From positions 544,001 through 608,000 of the forward strand of contig OY762428.1 in NCBI GenBank assembly GCA_963665665.1: a stretch of DNA of 64,000 nt, read 5' to 3'. Below the pieces are notes generated by a model. The model saw only the letters and a program-made list of their open reading frames with translations. It was not told the DNA's origin and did no database searches. Every line of letters starts with the position of its first letter. Positions within the stretch are counted from its first letter, which is position 1. Origin of the DNA: Candidatus Kapaibacterium sp. Lineage in GTDB: Bacteria; Bacteroidota; Ignavibacteria; Kapaibacteriales; UBA2268. The position numbers and the translations under genes were made by a program. Shown here one piece after another: positions 40,514 through 49,606 of the stretch.

Positions 40514-42694
40514 TCAGATATAGGCTTCTTTAATTTTTTCATTTTCCTCACGAACAATATTCCTTAGGTTTTCTATGCGGGTCTTCAGCTCATTAACTTT
40601 AGATTCAGCAGAATCATGCTCTGACTTTAACGTTCGCATTTTTTCGAGCATATCATTCATATCAATATTTAACTCTGTTATATTTGATTGGGTTTTATCA
40701 AGATTTTTCAATTCTTTATTAAAATCCATTCTTCTTTTAATAAACCTCCCGCTGTTTAGAGCTAACAAACCAGTAATTATCAGCAATATAATTCCAACCG
40801 CACTGCCTGAAAATCCATCAGCAAAATAAGTAATAAGGAAAACAATAAGAGTCGCTGAAATATTTATTAAAATAGGTTTTAAAGCGGTATTTTCAAGAGT
40901 TTCGTTCTTACGATTCCTAAGTGCAATTAGAACCTCTTCATTTTCAAGATACTGTTTCCTGATATTTTCATAGTCCTCCGCTTTTGTTTTCAGTGAGGCT
41001 TCAAGTTCTCTTTTGGTTTTTATTTGTCCGGTAAGTTCTTCTTCACTTAATTTTATCTTTTCCCTAATCTCATTCCGCCTTCTTTTCCAAAATTCCTCTA
41101 CACTGCTTCTAAGGTCATTAAAATAATCACTGTTATAAAGTTTAAAATATTCCCTGACAGATTCTCTGAATCTGTCTGCAAGAGCAATCGTAAATTTATT
41201 TCGTTGGAATAAGTCCGGTTTTTTGGTAACCAGATCATTAATTATATCAATTTTCTCCGGGACAATATACTTAATAGCAGAATTAACATCGAATGACCTG
41301 AAAATTGATATAACAAATAATGCTTCAATCTCTTTAGCTGTATATGAAGCAAGAAGTTGCGCTCCGGAATGAATTATTGCAGCCATTTTATCAAGCTGAC
41401 GGTAAGCAGCAGAAGCTTCAAAACGGAGAGCCTCCCTGATAAAATGCGATATTTCGGGAATTATCTGTACTCTTCCGTCGCTGCCTTCAATTATTTCGGC
41501 ATATTCAGGTGCATTCAGGAAAAAATTATACGCTTCAGCATAAAATTCCTTCAGAAGAGGCATACATTTCAGATCCTGAAGGTCGAAATCACCAAGGAAG
41601 GAAGCAGACATAAGCCAGTCCCGCTGATATTCCGGCAGATATTTCATAATCATGTCGGCAGCCTGCTGAAAGACTGATTTATCACCGTTGGTATTCTCAT
41701 GCCCGCCAACCCTCTGGATATCAATCCACAATTCAACCAGATAAGGAATACCTCTGGTAAGCCTGTAAATCATTTCCAGATCAAAATCTTTTCCCGGGAG
41801 CATTTCTTCAATAATCTCTTTCAGGTCATGCTTTTTGAAAGGGGCAAAATCAATTGAATACCTTCTTTTAAAAATATCAATATTTTTTACCGATAAAATT
41901 TCTTCAAGAGTTCTTTCTCTGGATGAAACGATAAACCTGAAATCAAACAGATCAACTACCCTCAGCCCAGCCGGGGCTGATGACATATCATAGAAATTAA
42001 AATCGCGGAGCTTCGCAGAATAATAATATCCTGCAAAAATTTCGGTAAGCCATTCGGATAAAGAACCGGTAATCTCATCAGAATTATCGATAATAAACAA
42101 TATCTTCAATGGTTTTTCCGGTTTCTCGAAATCATCCGGGTCAGCGATAGAAGGATAAAACCCCGTTATCAGGTCAATAATAAATGATTCAGCGCAAATT
42201 TTCCCATTCTGAAGCAATAGGGGCAACCGTTTATCATTAGGGAAATTTTCTTTAGCTAAATTTTCATAATGATTTTTATCAGGTTCAAAAAGCCTTAACT
42301 CGGGAGTAGATTTTAAATACAGATTATCAAGAATTAATTCATGAAATTCAAAGTTTTTTACTTTTGATTCAGGAATTATTTTATCAATATTCTCTTTGTT
42401 CGATATAGTCTCGGCAAAAATTAAATTTTTATTTTTATCAGGAACAATTTTCTGGTCAGCTATCTTGCAGAGCATATCGGGAAGGAACCTGATATCGTGA
42501 GCTGCATTTAATGGCAGAATTAAATCAAAATCACTATTCCTTACTACTGTATCTGCAATTCTGCGAACAAATGAAGTCTTGCCGGTACCAAATATTCCAC
42601 TTATCAAAAAGAACAAATTGGCAGCACCATCACCAGAAGGCATTGCCAAATTTTCACTAACTACCCTGACAAGGTCATTCTGACCGTTATCCAT
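40514..42694 (-). CDS. P-loop NTPase (STAND-like) with C-terminal coiled coils and two TM helices
   Basis: GIFGTGKT Walker A, ILFIIDN Walker B, FIVSSR, LTRGIP; coiled coil-2TM-coiled coil tail. Confidence 0.65.
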   Translation of the reverse strand: MDNGQNDLVRVVSENLAMPSGDGAANLFFLISGIFGTGKTSFVRRIADTVVRNSDFDLILPLNAAHDIRFLPDMLCKIADQKIVPDKNKNLIFAETISNKENIDKIIPESKVKNFEFHELILDNLYLKSTPELRLFEPDKNHYENLAKENFPNDKRLPLLLQNGKICAESFIIDLITGFYPSIADPDDFEKPEKPLKILFIIDNSDEITGSLSEWLTEIFAGYYYSAKLRDFNFYDMSSAPAGLRVVDLFDFRFIVSSRERTLEEILSVKNIDIFKRRYSIDFAPFKKHDLKEIIEEMLPGKDFDLEMIYRLTRGIPYLVELWIDIQRVGGHENTNGDKSVFQQAADMIMKYLPEYQRDWLMSASFLGDFDLQDLKCMPLLKEFYAEAYNFFLNAPEYAEIIEGSDGRVQIIPEISHFIREALRFEASAAYRQLDKMAAIIHSGAQLLASYTAKEIEALFVISIFRSFDVNSAIKYIVPEKIDIINDLVTKKPDLFQRNKFTIALADRFRESVREYFKLYNSDYFNDLRSSVEEFWKRRRNEIREKIKLSEEELTGQIKTKRELEASLKTKAEDYENIRKQYLENEEVLIALRNRKNETLENTALKPILINISATLIVFLITYFADGFSGSAVGIILLIITGLLALNSGRFIKRRMDFNKELKNLDKTQSNITELNIDMNDMLEKMRTLKSEHDSAESKVNELKTRIENLRNIVREENEKIKEAYI

Positions 42695-42709
42695 TAAACC
42701 CCCATAAAA

Positions 42710-43129
42710 TTAACTCAACAGGAATACCATTCTGAGCGTGGTACCCTCAGGCCCTGATTGGTAATTAACTTCGTCCATCAGTGTTTTAATCAAAAAAACC
42801 CCTCGCCCGCTGGCTTTCATAAGGTTTTCAGGCTGCCTTGGGTCAGCAACTTCCTCATGGTTGAATCCGCTGCCTTCATCCTGTATAGTAATTTGAATCT
42901 CACTGCCGGTAGCCTTAATATGGAAGTAAACTTTTTTATCGGGATTCTGATCATTCCCGTGGCAAATAGCATTATTCAAGGCTTCAGTAACAGCAATAAG
43001 CAAGTTATAAAATTTCTCGTCCGGAATATCTACTTTTTTCCGGATATCATAAAAAAGCGGTTCTACAATCTGTACAGATTTTTTATCGCTTTCGAGTTGT
43101 TTTTCTATTTCAAACAGAATTTTTTCCAT
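42710..43129 (-). CDS. RsbW-type anti-sigma/serine kinase (HATPase_c_2)
   Basis: EALNNAICHGN, DEGSGF, SGRGVFLI..LMD. Confidence 0.9.
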   Translation of the reverse strand: MEKILFEIEKQLESDKKSVQIVEPLFYDIRKKVDIPDEKFYNLLIAVTEALNNAICHGNDQNPDKKVYFHIKATGSEIQITIQDEGSGFNHEEVADPRQPENLMKASGRGVFLIKTLMDEVNYQSGPEGTTLRMVFLLS

Positions 43130-43192
43130 GTTATAAAAATAGTAAAAATTAATAATACTATCACCATATTATAAGGATTTTTTTATCAACAT

Positions 43193-44665
43193 TTACAGTA
43201 ATGTTCCCTGCCCGAGAATCCCTTCGGGATCAAATACTTTTTTAATCTCTTTCATACAGTGTATTTTGTCTTCATCGTACAAAATTCCAAAATATTTTTT
43301 CTTTAATTTTCCTATCCCGTGTTCCGCCGAAATTGTTCCGCCTCTTTTCACACTCCAATCAAGTACATTCCTGTATATTTCCTCTGCCTGTTTCTTTTCC
43401 TGATCATTTTTTGGAAACAGGTTCGCATGAAGGTGACAATTACCAATATGCCCGAAAATGCATGATGTCAGGCCTGAATCATTAAATGATTTGTCCAGAT
43501 AATTGAAAAACTCTCTGAAATCATCAAGTTGAACAGCAGTATCAGTTGCCGTTTTAAGAAGCGCACCCCGGCTAATTATATCCTGGATCTTCAGGGGCAG
43601 CGAATGCCTGAACTCTGATAATTTTTCTTCTGTATGCGGATCGATTGCAAACCAGGTATCATCGGCATAGGCAGTATATTTATTTATCAAATCGTAATAC
43701 TGTTCAATAAGTTCATCTTCGCGAGCAAGCACACATTCCTGCTCGAACCAAACAGCACCGGTCGTATTAGCAGGTATTTCCGGGAAATCCTGACGTAAAA
43801 GGTCAAGAGCTTTGTAGTCAAAAAATTCAATTAGCCTTGGCGAAATAGCAGTTAATTCAGCAAACTCCTTATCCCTGTTTTCAGCACCATTGTATCGCAA
43901 TTCATCAATAAAATCAAGCATATTGTTTCTTTTATCGAAGAATACTATTCCACCGAATACTTTTTCCGGAGCATCAATAAATCGGAGAGTTATTGATTTG
44001 ATCAACGCGAGTGTACCTTCGGACCCAATAAAAAGATCAATAGCATCCATAGCCGGTCGTAAATAGTATCCGGCAGAATGTTTGGTTGTGGGCATATCAA
44101 TATCTTTAAAAGGCACATCATAGAAATTACCGTCGGATTTTTTAATTCTAATGGACCCCATACGTTCAAAGGTTTGTCCTCTTTTTATCTCAATTTCTTC
44201 TCCGTCTGCCATTACAAGCTCTAACGACTCCACAAATTCCCTTGTTGGCCCGTATCGAAAGGTCCGGGCCCCGGAAGCATTGGTGGCAGTATTTCCACCT
44301 ATTGAACTATTGTATTCAGTTGGATTCGGAGGGTAAAACCACCCCTTAGTGGATAAAAAGTCGTTAAGTTCCTTAAGTGTTACTCCCGGATCAACTTTAA
44401 TGGTTTTATTTTCCTCATCCGGCAGATATATTGTTTTAAGCTTTTCCATTGAAATCAATGCCCCGCCAAGAGGAACACCACTGCCTGTAAGCCCCGTTCT
44501 GGAACCGGAAACAGTTAGCGGAATATTTCGGCTCCGGCAATTTTTTACAGCCATAGATATTTCATCGGGGGTTTCCGGAATAAAAATAATTTCGGCACTA
44601 CCATGAAAATTTGACGCATCTTTAAGAAAATCATGCATTTCATCCGATTGTTCTTTTATTACCAT
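43193..44665 (-). CDS. FAD-binding oxidoreductase (GlcD/D-lactate dehydrogenase family)
   Basis: GSRTGL.G, IGG..ATNASG, IGSEGTL, GHIGN.HLH, AEHGIG, FDP.GIL. Confidence 0.9.
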   Translation of the reverse strand: MVIKEQSDEMHDFLKDASNFHGSAEIIFIPETPDEISMAVKNCRSRNIPLTVSGSRTGLTGSGVPLGGALISMEKLKTIYLPDEENKTIKVDPGVTLKELNDFLSTKGWFYPPNPTEYNSSIGGNTATNASGARTFRYGPTREFVESLELVMADGEEIEIKRGQTFERMGSIRIKKSDGNFYDVPFKDIDMPTTKHSAGYYLRPAMDAIDLFIGSEGTLALIKSITLRFIDAPEKVFGGIVFFDKRNNMLDFIDELRYNGAENRDKEFAELTAISPRLIEFFDYKALDLLRQDFPEIPANTTGAVWFEQECVLAREDELIEQYYDLINKYTAYADDTWFAIDPHTEEKLSEFRHSLPLKIQDIISRGALLKTATDTAVQLDDFREFFNYLDKSFNDSGLTSCIFGHIGNCHLHANLFPKNDQEKKQAEEIYRNVLDWSVKRGGTISAEHGIGKLKKKYFGILYDEDKIHCMKEIKKVFDPEGILGQGTLL

Positions 44666-44767
44666 TATTGATTTCCGAATTTTGAAAAATTTTTGTGCTT
44701 AACATAACAATTTTTTGTTATCTTTAACAGATGTTGTGCAAAAAAAATCCCGGAATTGATCTTTAAC

Positions 44768-46750
44768 ATGAAAAAATTCATCATACTGCTGATAGTCTCG
44801 TATTTTTTGTCGTATATTCATGCGGCAGCTGCCGAAAAGACACTGAATAATGAAAGAATAGCCATTCACCCTAAGATTGGTTACCTGTTTAATTTTCATA
44901 CTGCTGATTTTTATCGGTTCAAGGGCGCAATCGATTGTGGATTATTCAAATCCGGTTCTGGTAGCGGCCTGACAGCATCACTGTCTGTTGAATATCCGTT
45001 AAGTGACAATTTGAAAATTTCACTTGGCGCCGGATGGTTTGACAGAAGCGGCCTGCTAAAAGTTTCGAATTCTTTTCTTTCCCGGGATTCTGTACTGATG
45101 GAACCGGTTGAAGTTCAAACAGATAACAAAATGGATGCAACACTGCCATTTATCGAAATTATGCCGGGAATAAGGTATACCTTAACGGATAAATTCATTT
45201 CCGGGCCACTCAGGTTAAATGCCGATCTCAGGTTCGGTTTTTCTTCGGGCGCTACATTCAGGCAAAGCGAAGAGATAGTTTCTCCGAACAACGTGGTTTT
45301 CATTTATGATGGCAAAAATTTAAGGGAAAGAGAAATTGCATCAGGAGATATTGCACCAATAGCTTCTCCCGTTACAGGTATCAGTTTCGGGCTTGAAAAT
45401 CTGCTGAAAGTTGGTAAAAGCAGCCATTTTTCACAAAGTATTGTGTTTGATTATAACTTAACTAATTTTGTTAAAGATGTAACCTGGAAATCAGCAGCGC
45501 TCAGGCTTGAGCTGGGGCTGCGTCTCGGAATAAAACGAAAAGAAGCTCCTATTACGGAGCCTCCTGCCGAAGAACCTGTAAAAGATATTGAAAAACCTGT
45601 TATAGCAAAAGAAGATAAAAAAGAAATAGAAAAAGAAAAAAAGATCATACCGCCACCTCCGCCACCACCGGACCCTGTATTGGATGTGGAGATTACTGAT
45701 TATAAATTTGAAATTCTTACCGGCAATGAATTAACTGCTACGGTGCCACTGGTAAATGCAGTATTTTTTGACAGGAATTCAGATAAAATTCCTGACGAAT
45801 ACATTATCAAAAGCGGAAATGATTTTGAAAATATTGATGATGCAATAGATATCCATTATTATTTATTCCAGAGAATTGCTGATATTGTAAAACGAAATCC
45901 CGAAGCTGAGATAACTCTGGAAGGCGCTACGTCCGGCAAGGACAATGAACCGGCAGGAACAAGCCTGGCAAAGGCAAGGGCAGAATCAGCCAAAGATGCA
46001 CTGATCAAATGTGGTGTTCCTGGAAATATTATCACAATAAGGTATCGGATTTACCCCAGAATATTATCTAATCAGGATTTTGAGGAGGGAGCTATCGAAA
46101 ATCAGAGAGTAGATATAATATTGAAAAATGCTCCTACTCAGGAATATGTAAATATTCAGAATTATGCTGAATTGCAGGGTGATTATCAGGTAAAACCGAG
46201 ATATGCCAATATTCCGGAAGGCAGGAAGCCAAGCCTGAAAGGATTTAGGAATTTTATTAAAGAAGTGGAACACGACTCTCCTGTTAAAATACCTGTTCTA
46301 AAACGCCTTGCAAATGATGAAGAAGTATTAAACCTTAAAGCTGTTCTGAATTTTGAAACTAAGACAGCTGAAGCTGATAAAGATATTGATATTTCGGATA
46401 TTGAAAGCCGCCAGGTTGAACTTAATTTGGATAATTTTGAAGCTATTCTGCGCTTTGATTATAATTCTTCAGAATTAAGTTCTGAAAACAAAGAGCTTCT
46501 AAGGCAGCTTACAGAAAAATTACCCGAAGGAAGCAGCATAATAATATACGGATCGGCAGACGCACTTGGAACCGAACAACGTAATGTTCAGCTTGAAACA
46601 GAAAGAGCAGGAAAAACAAGAAAGTTTATCGAATCCGTTGCTCCCGGCAAATTTACTATTACTGCAAGCAGGGGTAGTGAAAAATATAATGAAGCAACTC
46701 CTCAGGGTCGTTTCCTTAACAGATCCATACGTCTGAGAGTTAAAGATTGA
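44768..46750 (+). CDS. OmpA-family protein: beta-barrel, Pro-rich linker, two OmpA-like domains
   Basis: Signal peptide; PPPPPPPDP linker; VFFDRNS..LAKARAE..NQRV and FDYNSSEL..N..L..ERA..NRSI. Confidence 0.8.
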   Translation: MKKFIILLIVSYFLSYIHAAAAEKTLNNERIAIHPKIGYLFNFHTADFYRFKGAIDCGLFKSGSGSGLTASLSVEYPLSDNLKISLGAGWFDRSGLLKVSNSFLSRDSVLMEPVEVQTDNKMDATLPFIEIMPGIRYTLTDKFISGPLRLNADLRFGFSSGATFRQSEEIVSPNNVVFIYDGKNLREREIASGDIAPIASPVTGISFGLENLLKVGKSSHFSQSIVFDYNLTNFVKDVTWKSAALRLELGLRLGIKRKEAPITEPPAEEPVKDIEKPVIAKEDKKEIEKEKKIIPPPPPPPDPVLDVEITDYKFEILTGNELTATVPLVNAVFFDRNSDKIPDEYIIKSGNDFENIDDAIDIHYYLFQRIADIVKRNPEAEITLEGATSGKDNEPAGTSLAKARAESAKDALIKCGVPGNIITIRYRIYPRILSNQDFEEGAIENQRVDIILKNAPTQEYVNIQNYAELQGDYQVKPRYANIPEGRKPSLKGFRNFIKEVEHDSPVKIPVLKRLANDEEVLNLKAVLNFETKTAEADKDIDISDIESRQVELNLDNFEAILRFDYNSSELSSENKELLRQLTEKLPEGSSIIIYGSADALGTEQRNVQLETERAGKTRKFIESVAPGKFTITASRGSEKYNEATPQGRFLNRSIRLRVKD

Positions 46751-46867
46751 TTTTTTAAAATTTATCCTGAAAACAGATAAAAAGTTGATTTATTTCCGGG
46801 AATTTGTATCATATTGCGGAAAAGAATAAGCGGAAATATTTATTTATCCCGATAGTAATTTTATAAC

Positions 46868-46892
46868 GCAACTTTATTTTCAAACCGCCGTA
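46868..46892 (+). promoter_or_regulatory. Possible ECF (SigW-like) promoter GCAAC-N16-CGTA
   Basis: ~45 nt upstream of the pspC-domain envelope-stress genes. Confidence 0.45.
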
Positions 46893-46935
46893 CTTATTAC
46901 TAAAGGGTTATGATAAGTATCGAAGGAAAAAGAAA

Positions 46936-47409
46936 ATGGAAAAATTGAAACGAAGCAGCAAACAGAAAATTTTTGCCGGAGTATGCGGCGGTATCGGAGA
47001 ATATTTTGATGTTGACCCGGTAGTTGTAAGAGCAATTTTCATTCTAACAGCTCTTTTCGGTTTCGGAACAAGTATCCTGGTATATTTTGTACTTTGGATA
47101 ATCGTTCCTAAGCAGTACGATTATGTAACTGTGAACACAGGGCCGGAAAACGATGAATATATTGTTGACGAAAATTATGTTCCGGGAAGTGAAGACTCTT
47201 TTGAAAATGAATATAACGAACAAAATGAAACAAAAAAACAGAAAAGAAACCTATTTGGTGGCATACTTCTGATCTTTATCGGTTTGCTATTTCTGCTGAA
47301 CCAGTTAGCGCCATGGGTTGAGTTTTCGATGTTCTGGCCGCTTGCACTAATAGCGTTCGGTTCATACATAATGTTTAAAAATATAAATAAGACTGCTGAG
47401 GTGAAGTAA
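46936..47409 (+). CDS. PspC-domain membrane protein
   Basis: KL.RS...IFAGVCGGIGEYFDVDP..VR; C-terminal G.LLI..G.LFLL...WPL.LI. Confidence 0.88.
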   Translation: MEKLKRSSKQKIFAGVCGGIGEYFDVDPVVVRAIFILTALFGFGTSILVYFVLWIIVPKQYDYVTVNTGPENDEYIVDENYVPGSEDSFENEYNEQNETKKQKRNLFGGILLIFIGLLFLLNQLAPWVEFSMFWPLALIAFGSYIMFKNINKTAEVK

Positions 47410-47410
47410 T

Positions 47411-48367
47411 ATGAAACCGAGTGCAATATTTTGGGGAGCTTTGCTCGTATTCCTTGGGCTATTTTTTCTTCTGAATAATTTCGGAATAACCAATATAGTA
47501 TTTGCTGATATTATCGACTACTGGCCACTTATTCTAATCTTTTGGGGAGTTTCTCTTCTGAAAGTACCAGTATATGTTAAAGGAATTCTTGCCGGATTGA
47601 GCGCATTATTGATTTCTCTGATAATAATTGGCTCGATTACCACACCATACAGGTTTATATCCGATAATATTGACGATATTGAAGCGCTGGCTGAAGCTGC
47701 AGAGTTTGATGAATTTGATTGTGACGACATAGCTTCCTCAAGCTTTTCAATCAATTACGAAGAGAATGTAAAAACTGCCGAACTTGATTTTACGGGAGCT
47801 GCCGGTGAAATATATTTCGATACACTCTCGGACAACACCCGTCTTGTTGTTGTTAATACAAGAGGATTTACCAATGGTGGTAAGATTTCTTCTGAAATAG
47901 ATAATGATGTTGCTGAGGTTAAATTTCGTTTATCACAGGGCGGGCATTTCATAAAACACGCTCATCATGATAACGAAGCGATCGTAAAATTAAACCCTGA
48001 TCCTGACTGGCACATGAAAATGAAAGTTGGTGCAGCTAATGCAGTTTGCGATCTTACTCCGTTTAAACTCCACAGCTTGAAACTAAATGCCAAAGCAGCA
48101 GATATCAATCTAAAAATTGGCGACAAACAGGAATTTAGCGAAATTCAGATAGATGCCGGTGTCTCAAATATTGAAATTGAAGTTCCTGAAGAAGCCGGAT
48201 GTGAAATAACATACAAAACCGGGCTGTCGAGCAGAGATTTTTACGGATTCAAATCTGTAGGAAACAACAGGTATATATCTGAGAATTATGATGATAGCAA
48301 GAAAAAGATTAGCATAAGGATAAAAGGCGGAGTATCAAATTTCGAGGTAAGCAGGTATTCGAAATAA
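47411..48367 (+). CDS. LiaF/DUF5668-like envelope-stress membrane protein
   Basis: FWG..L...G..FLL.N...WPLILI..G N-terminus; beta-repeat C-terminus; follows the pspC-domain gene. Confidence 0.75.
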   Translation: MKPSAIFWGALLVFLGLFFLLNNFGITNIVFADIIDYWPLILIFWGVSLLKVPVYVKGILAGLSALLISLIIIGSITTPYRFISDNIDDIEALAEAAEFDEFDCDDIASSSFSINYEENVKTAELDFTGAAGEIYFDTLSDNTRLVVVNTRGFTNGGKISSEIDNDVAEVKFRLSQGGHFIKHAHHDNEAIVKLNPDPDWHMKMKVGAANAVCDLTPFKLHSLKLNAKAADINLKIGDKQEFSEIQIDAGVSNIEIEVPEEAGCEITYKTGLSSRDFYGFKSVGNNRYISENYDDSKKKISIRIKGGVSNFEVSRYSK

Positions 48368-48378
48368 TTTAACAAATT

Positions 48379-48993
48379 TCAACGATACAATCCTTTCTTA
48401 TAAATATATTTCTCAACTCCTTCCGGGACTAACCCATTTATAGTTCCGGATTTTTTTATAATGTCCCTGATTTCTGACGAAGAAATATTAATCATTGGGG
48501 AATTCAGAAATATCGGAGCTGTATTTTCTGTTGACAGGTCATTAATTATGGCATTTTTTTCTTCAGCATTAACATACCCTGGACGATCGATAATACATAT
48601 ATTTACATTACTTAGAATATACTGCCATTTTCTCCACTTCCTGAATAATCCTGGATGGTCGCCACCGATAAGAAGGAAAAGTTGTGCTCCGGGATATTTT
48701 CCCCTGAGATATTCAACCGTATCAGCAGTATAAGATATTCCGCCTTTGTCAATTTCATAGCTTTCAATTTCAGGCTTATTATCAGTAAATTCATTAACAA
48801 ATATATCTAACATTTCAAGCCTGCTGATATTATCTGCAATATCATTTCTTAAATCTTTCTTGAAAGGAGAAACTGCAGCGGGTATAAGCAGCAACCTATC
48901 CAGATTCATTTCTTTAATGAAAGATTTCGCTATTTCAAAATGCCCGATATGCACGGGATTGAAACTGCCACCGAATATTCCGATTTTATTCAT
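48379..48993 (-). CDS. nadD: Nicotinate-nucleotide adenylyltransferase
   Basis: GIFGGSFNPVHIGH, SPFK, SYT..T, ISSSEIR. Confidence 0.95.
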   Translation of the reverse strand: MNKIGIFGGSFNPVHIGHFEIAKSFIKEMNLDRLLLIPAAVSPFKKDLRNDIADNISRLEMLDIFVNEFTDNKPEIESYEIDKGGISYTADTVEYLRGKYPGAQLFLLIGGDHPGLFRKWRKWQYILSNVNICIIDRPGYVNAEEKNAIINDLSTENTAPIFLNSPMINISSSEIRDIIKKSGTINGLVPEGVEKYIYKKGLYR

Positions 48994-49027
48994 GGATGTA
49001 ATAATAATAATTTTTCTGATTTAACAC

Positions 49028-49061
49028 AAAAAAAAAGGCCTAAGTTTGTTACTTGGCCTTT
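49028..49061 (-). terminator. Intrinsic terminator
   Basis: Minus strand AAGGCCAAGT..ACTTAGGCCTTTTTTTTT. Confidence 0.65.
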
Positions 49062-49243
49062 ATAAGCTGCTTTTGTACAGGGGGACTTAGTCAGGTTTTA
49101 CCATTTTGTACATTTTATTCATATATCAAATCCAAGACAGCTCTTCCCTTACGTAATCGGATTATCATCTTCATCCCAATCTCTTTCAGCCTTGCTTTTT
49201 ATATTTTCCTGACTAAACAGCAGCAAATTTTTACAACTTCTGT

Positions 49244-49351
49244 TTATACGAGAATTCCGAATAAAAGAATCGAAAGTATTGCCAGTATAAATACTACTGA
49301 CGAGGAAATATCGCGTACTTTCCTTGATACCGGTGTTGTGTATTCAGTCAT
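49244..49351 (-). CDS. Putative 35-aa single-TM small protein MTEYTTPVSRKVRDISSSVVFILAILSILLFGILV
   Basis: Hand-translated; AGGAAAGGG RBS-like sequence upstream; hydrophobic C-terminal 17 aa; terminator downstream. Confidence 0.5.
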   Translation of the reverse strand: MTEYTTPVSRKVRDISSSVVFILAILSILLFGILV

Positions 49352-49548
49352 TTTATTGCCCTTTCCTGTATGTCTTCAATCATTACCAAAGCTCTGGTTG
49401 AAATATACTCAGTAACAGTTATTAATTCAATAGCTGAAACAATGATTTTATTGTAGTATATAGGATGTGGCTATTGTAGTAATACTACTACAAACATCAG
49501 GCAGGCAAACAATCTTTATTCCTCAACATGAATTCTATTTGACACACT

Positions 49549-49582
49549 AAAAAAAGAGGCTGCCCCATTTGAAACAGCCCCT
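49549..49582 (-). terminator. Intrinsic terminator after the S9 peptidase
   Basis: Minus strand AGGGGCTGT..GCAGCCTCTTTTTTT. Confidence 0.65.
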
Positions 49583-49606
49583 TAAATATTCATCAATTTT
49601 TCAAAA

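Noticed and set aside
49053-49415. 120-aa plus-strand ORF
   Set aside because: TTG start inside a terminator and no recognisable features; the minus-strand 35-aa ORF has better signals.
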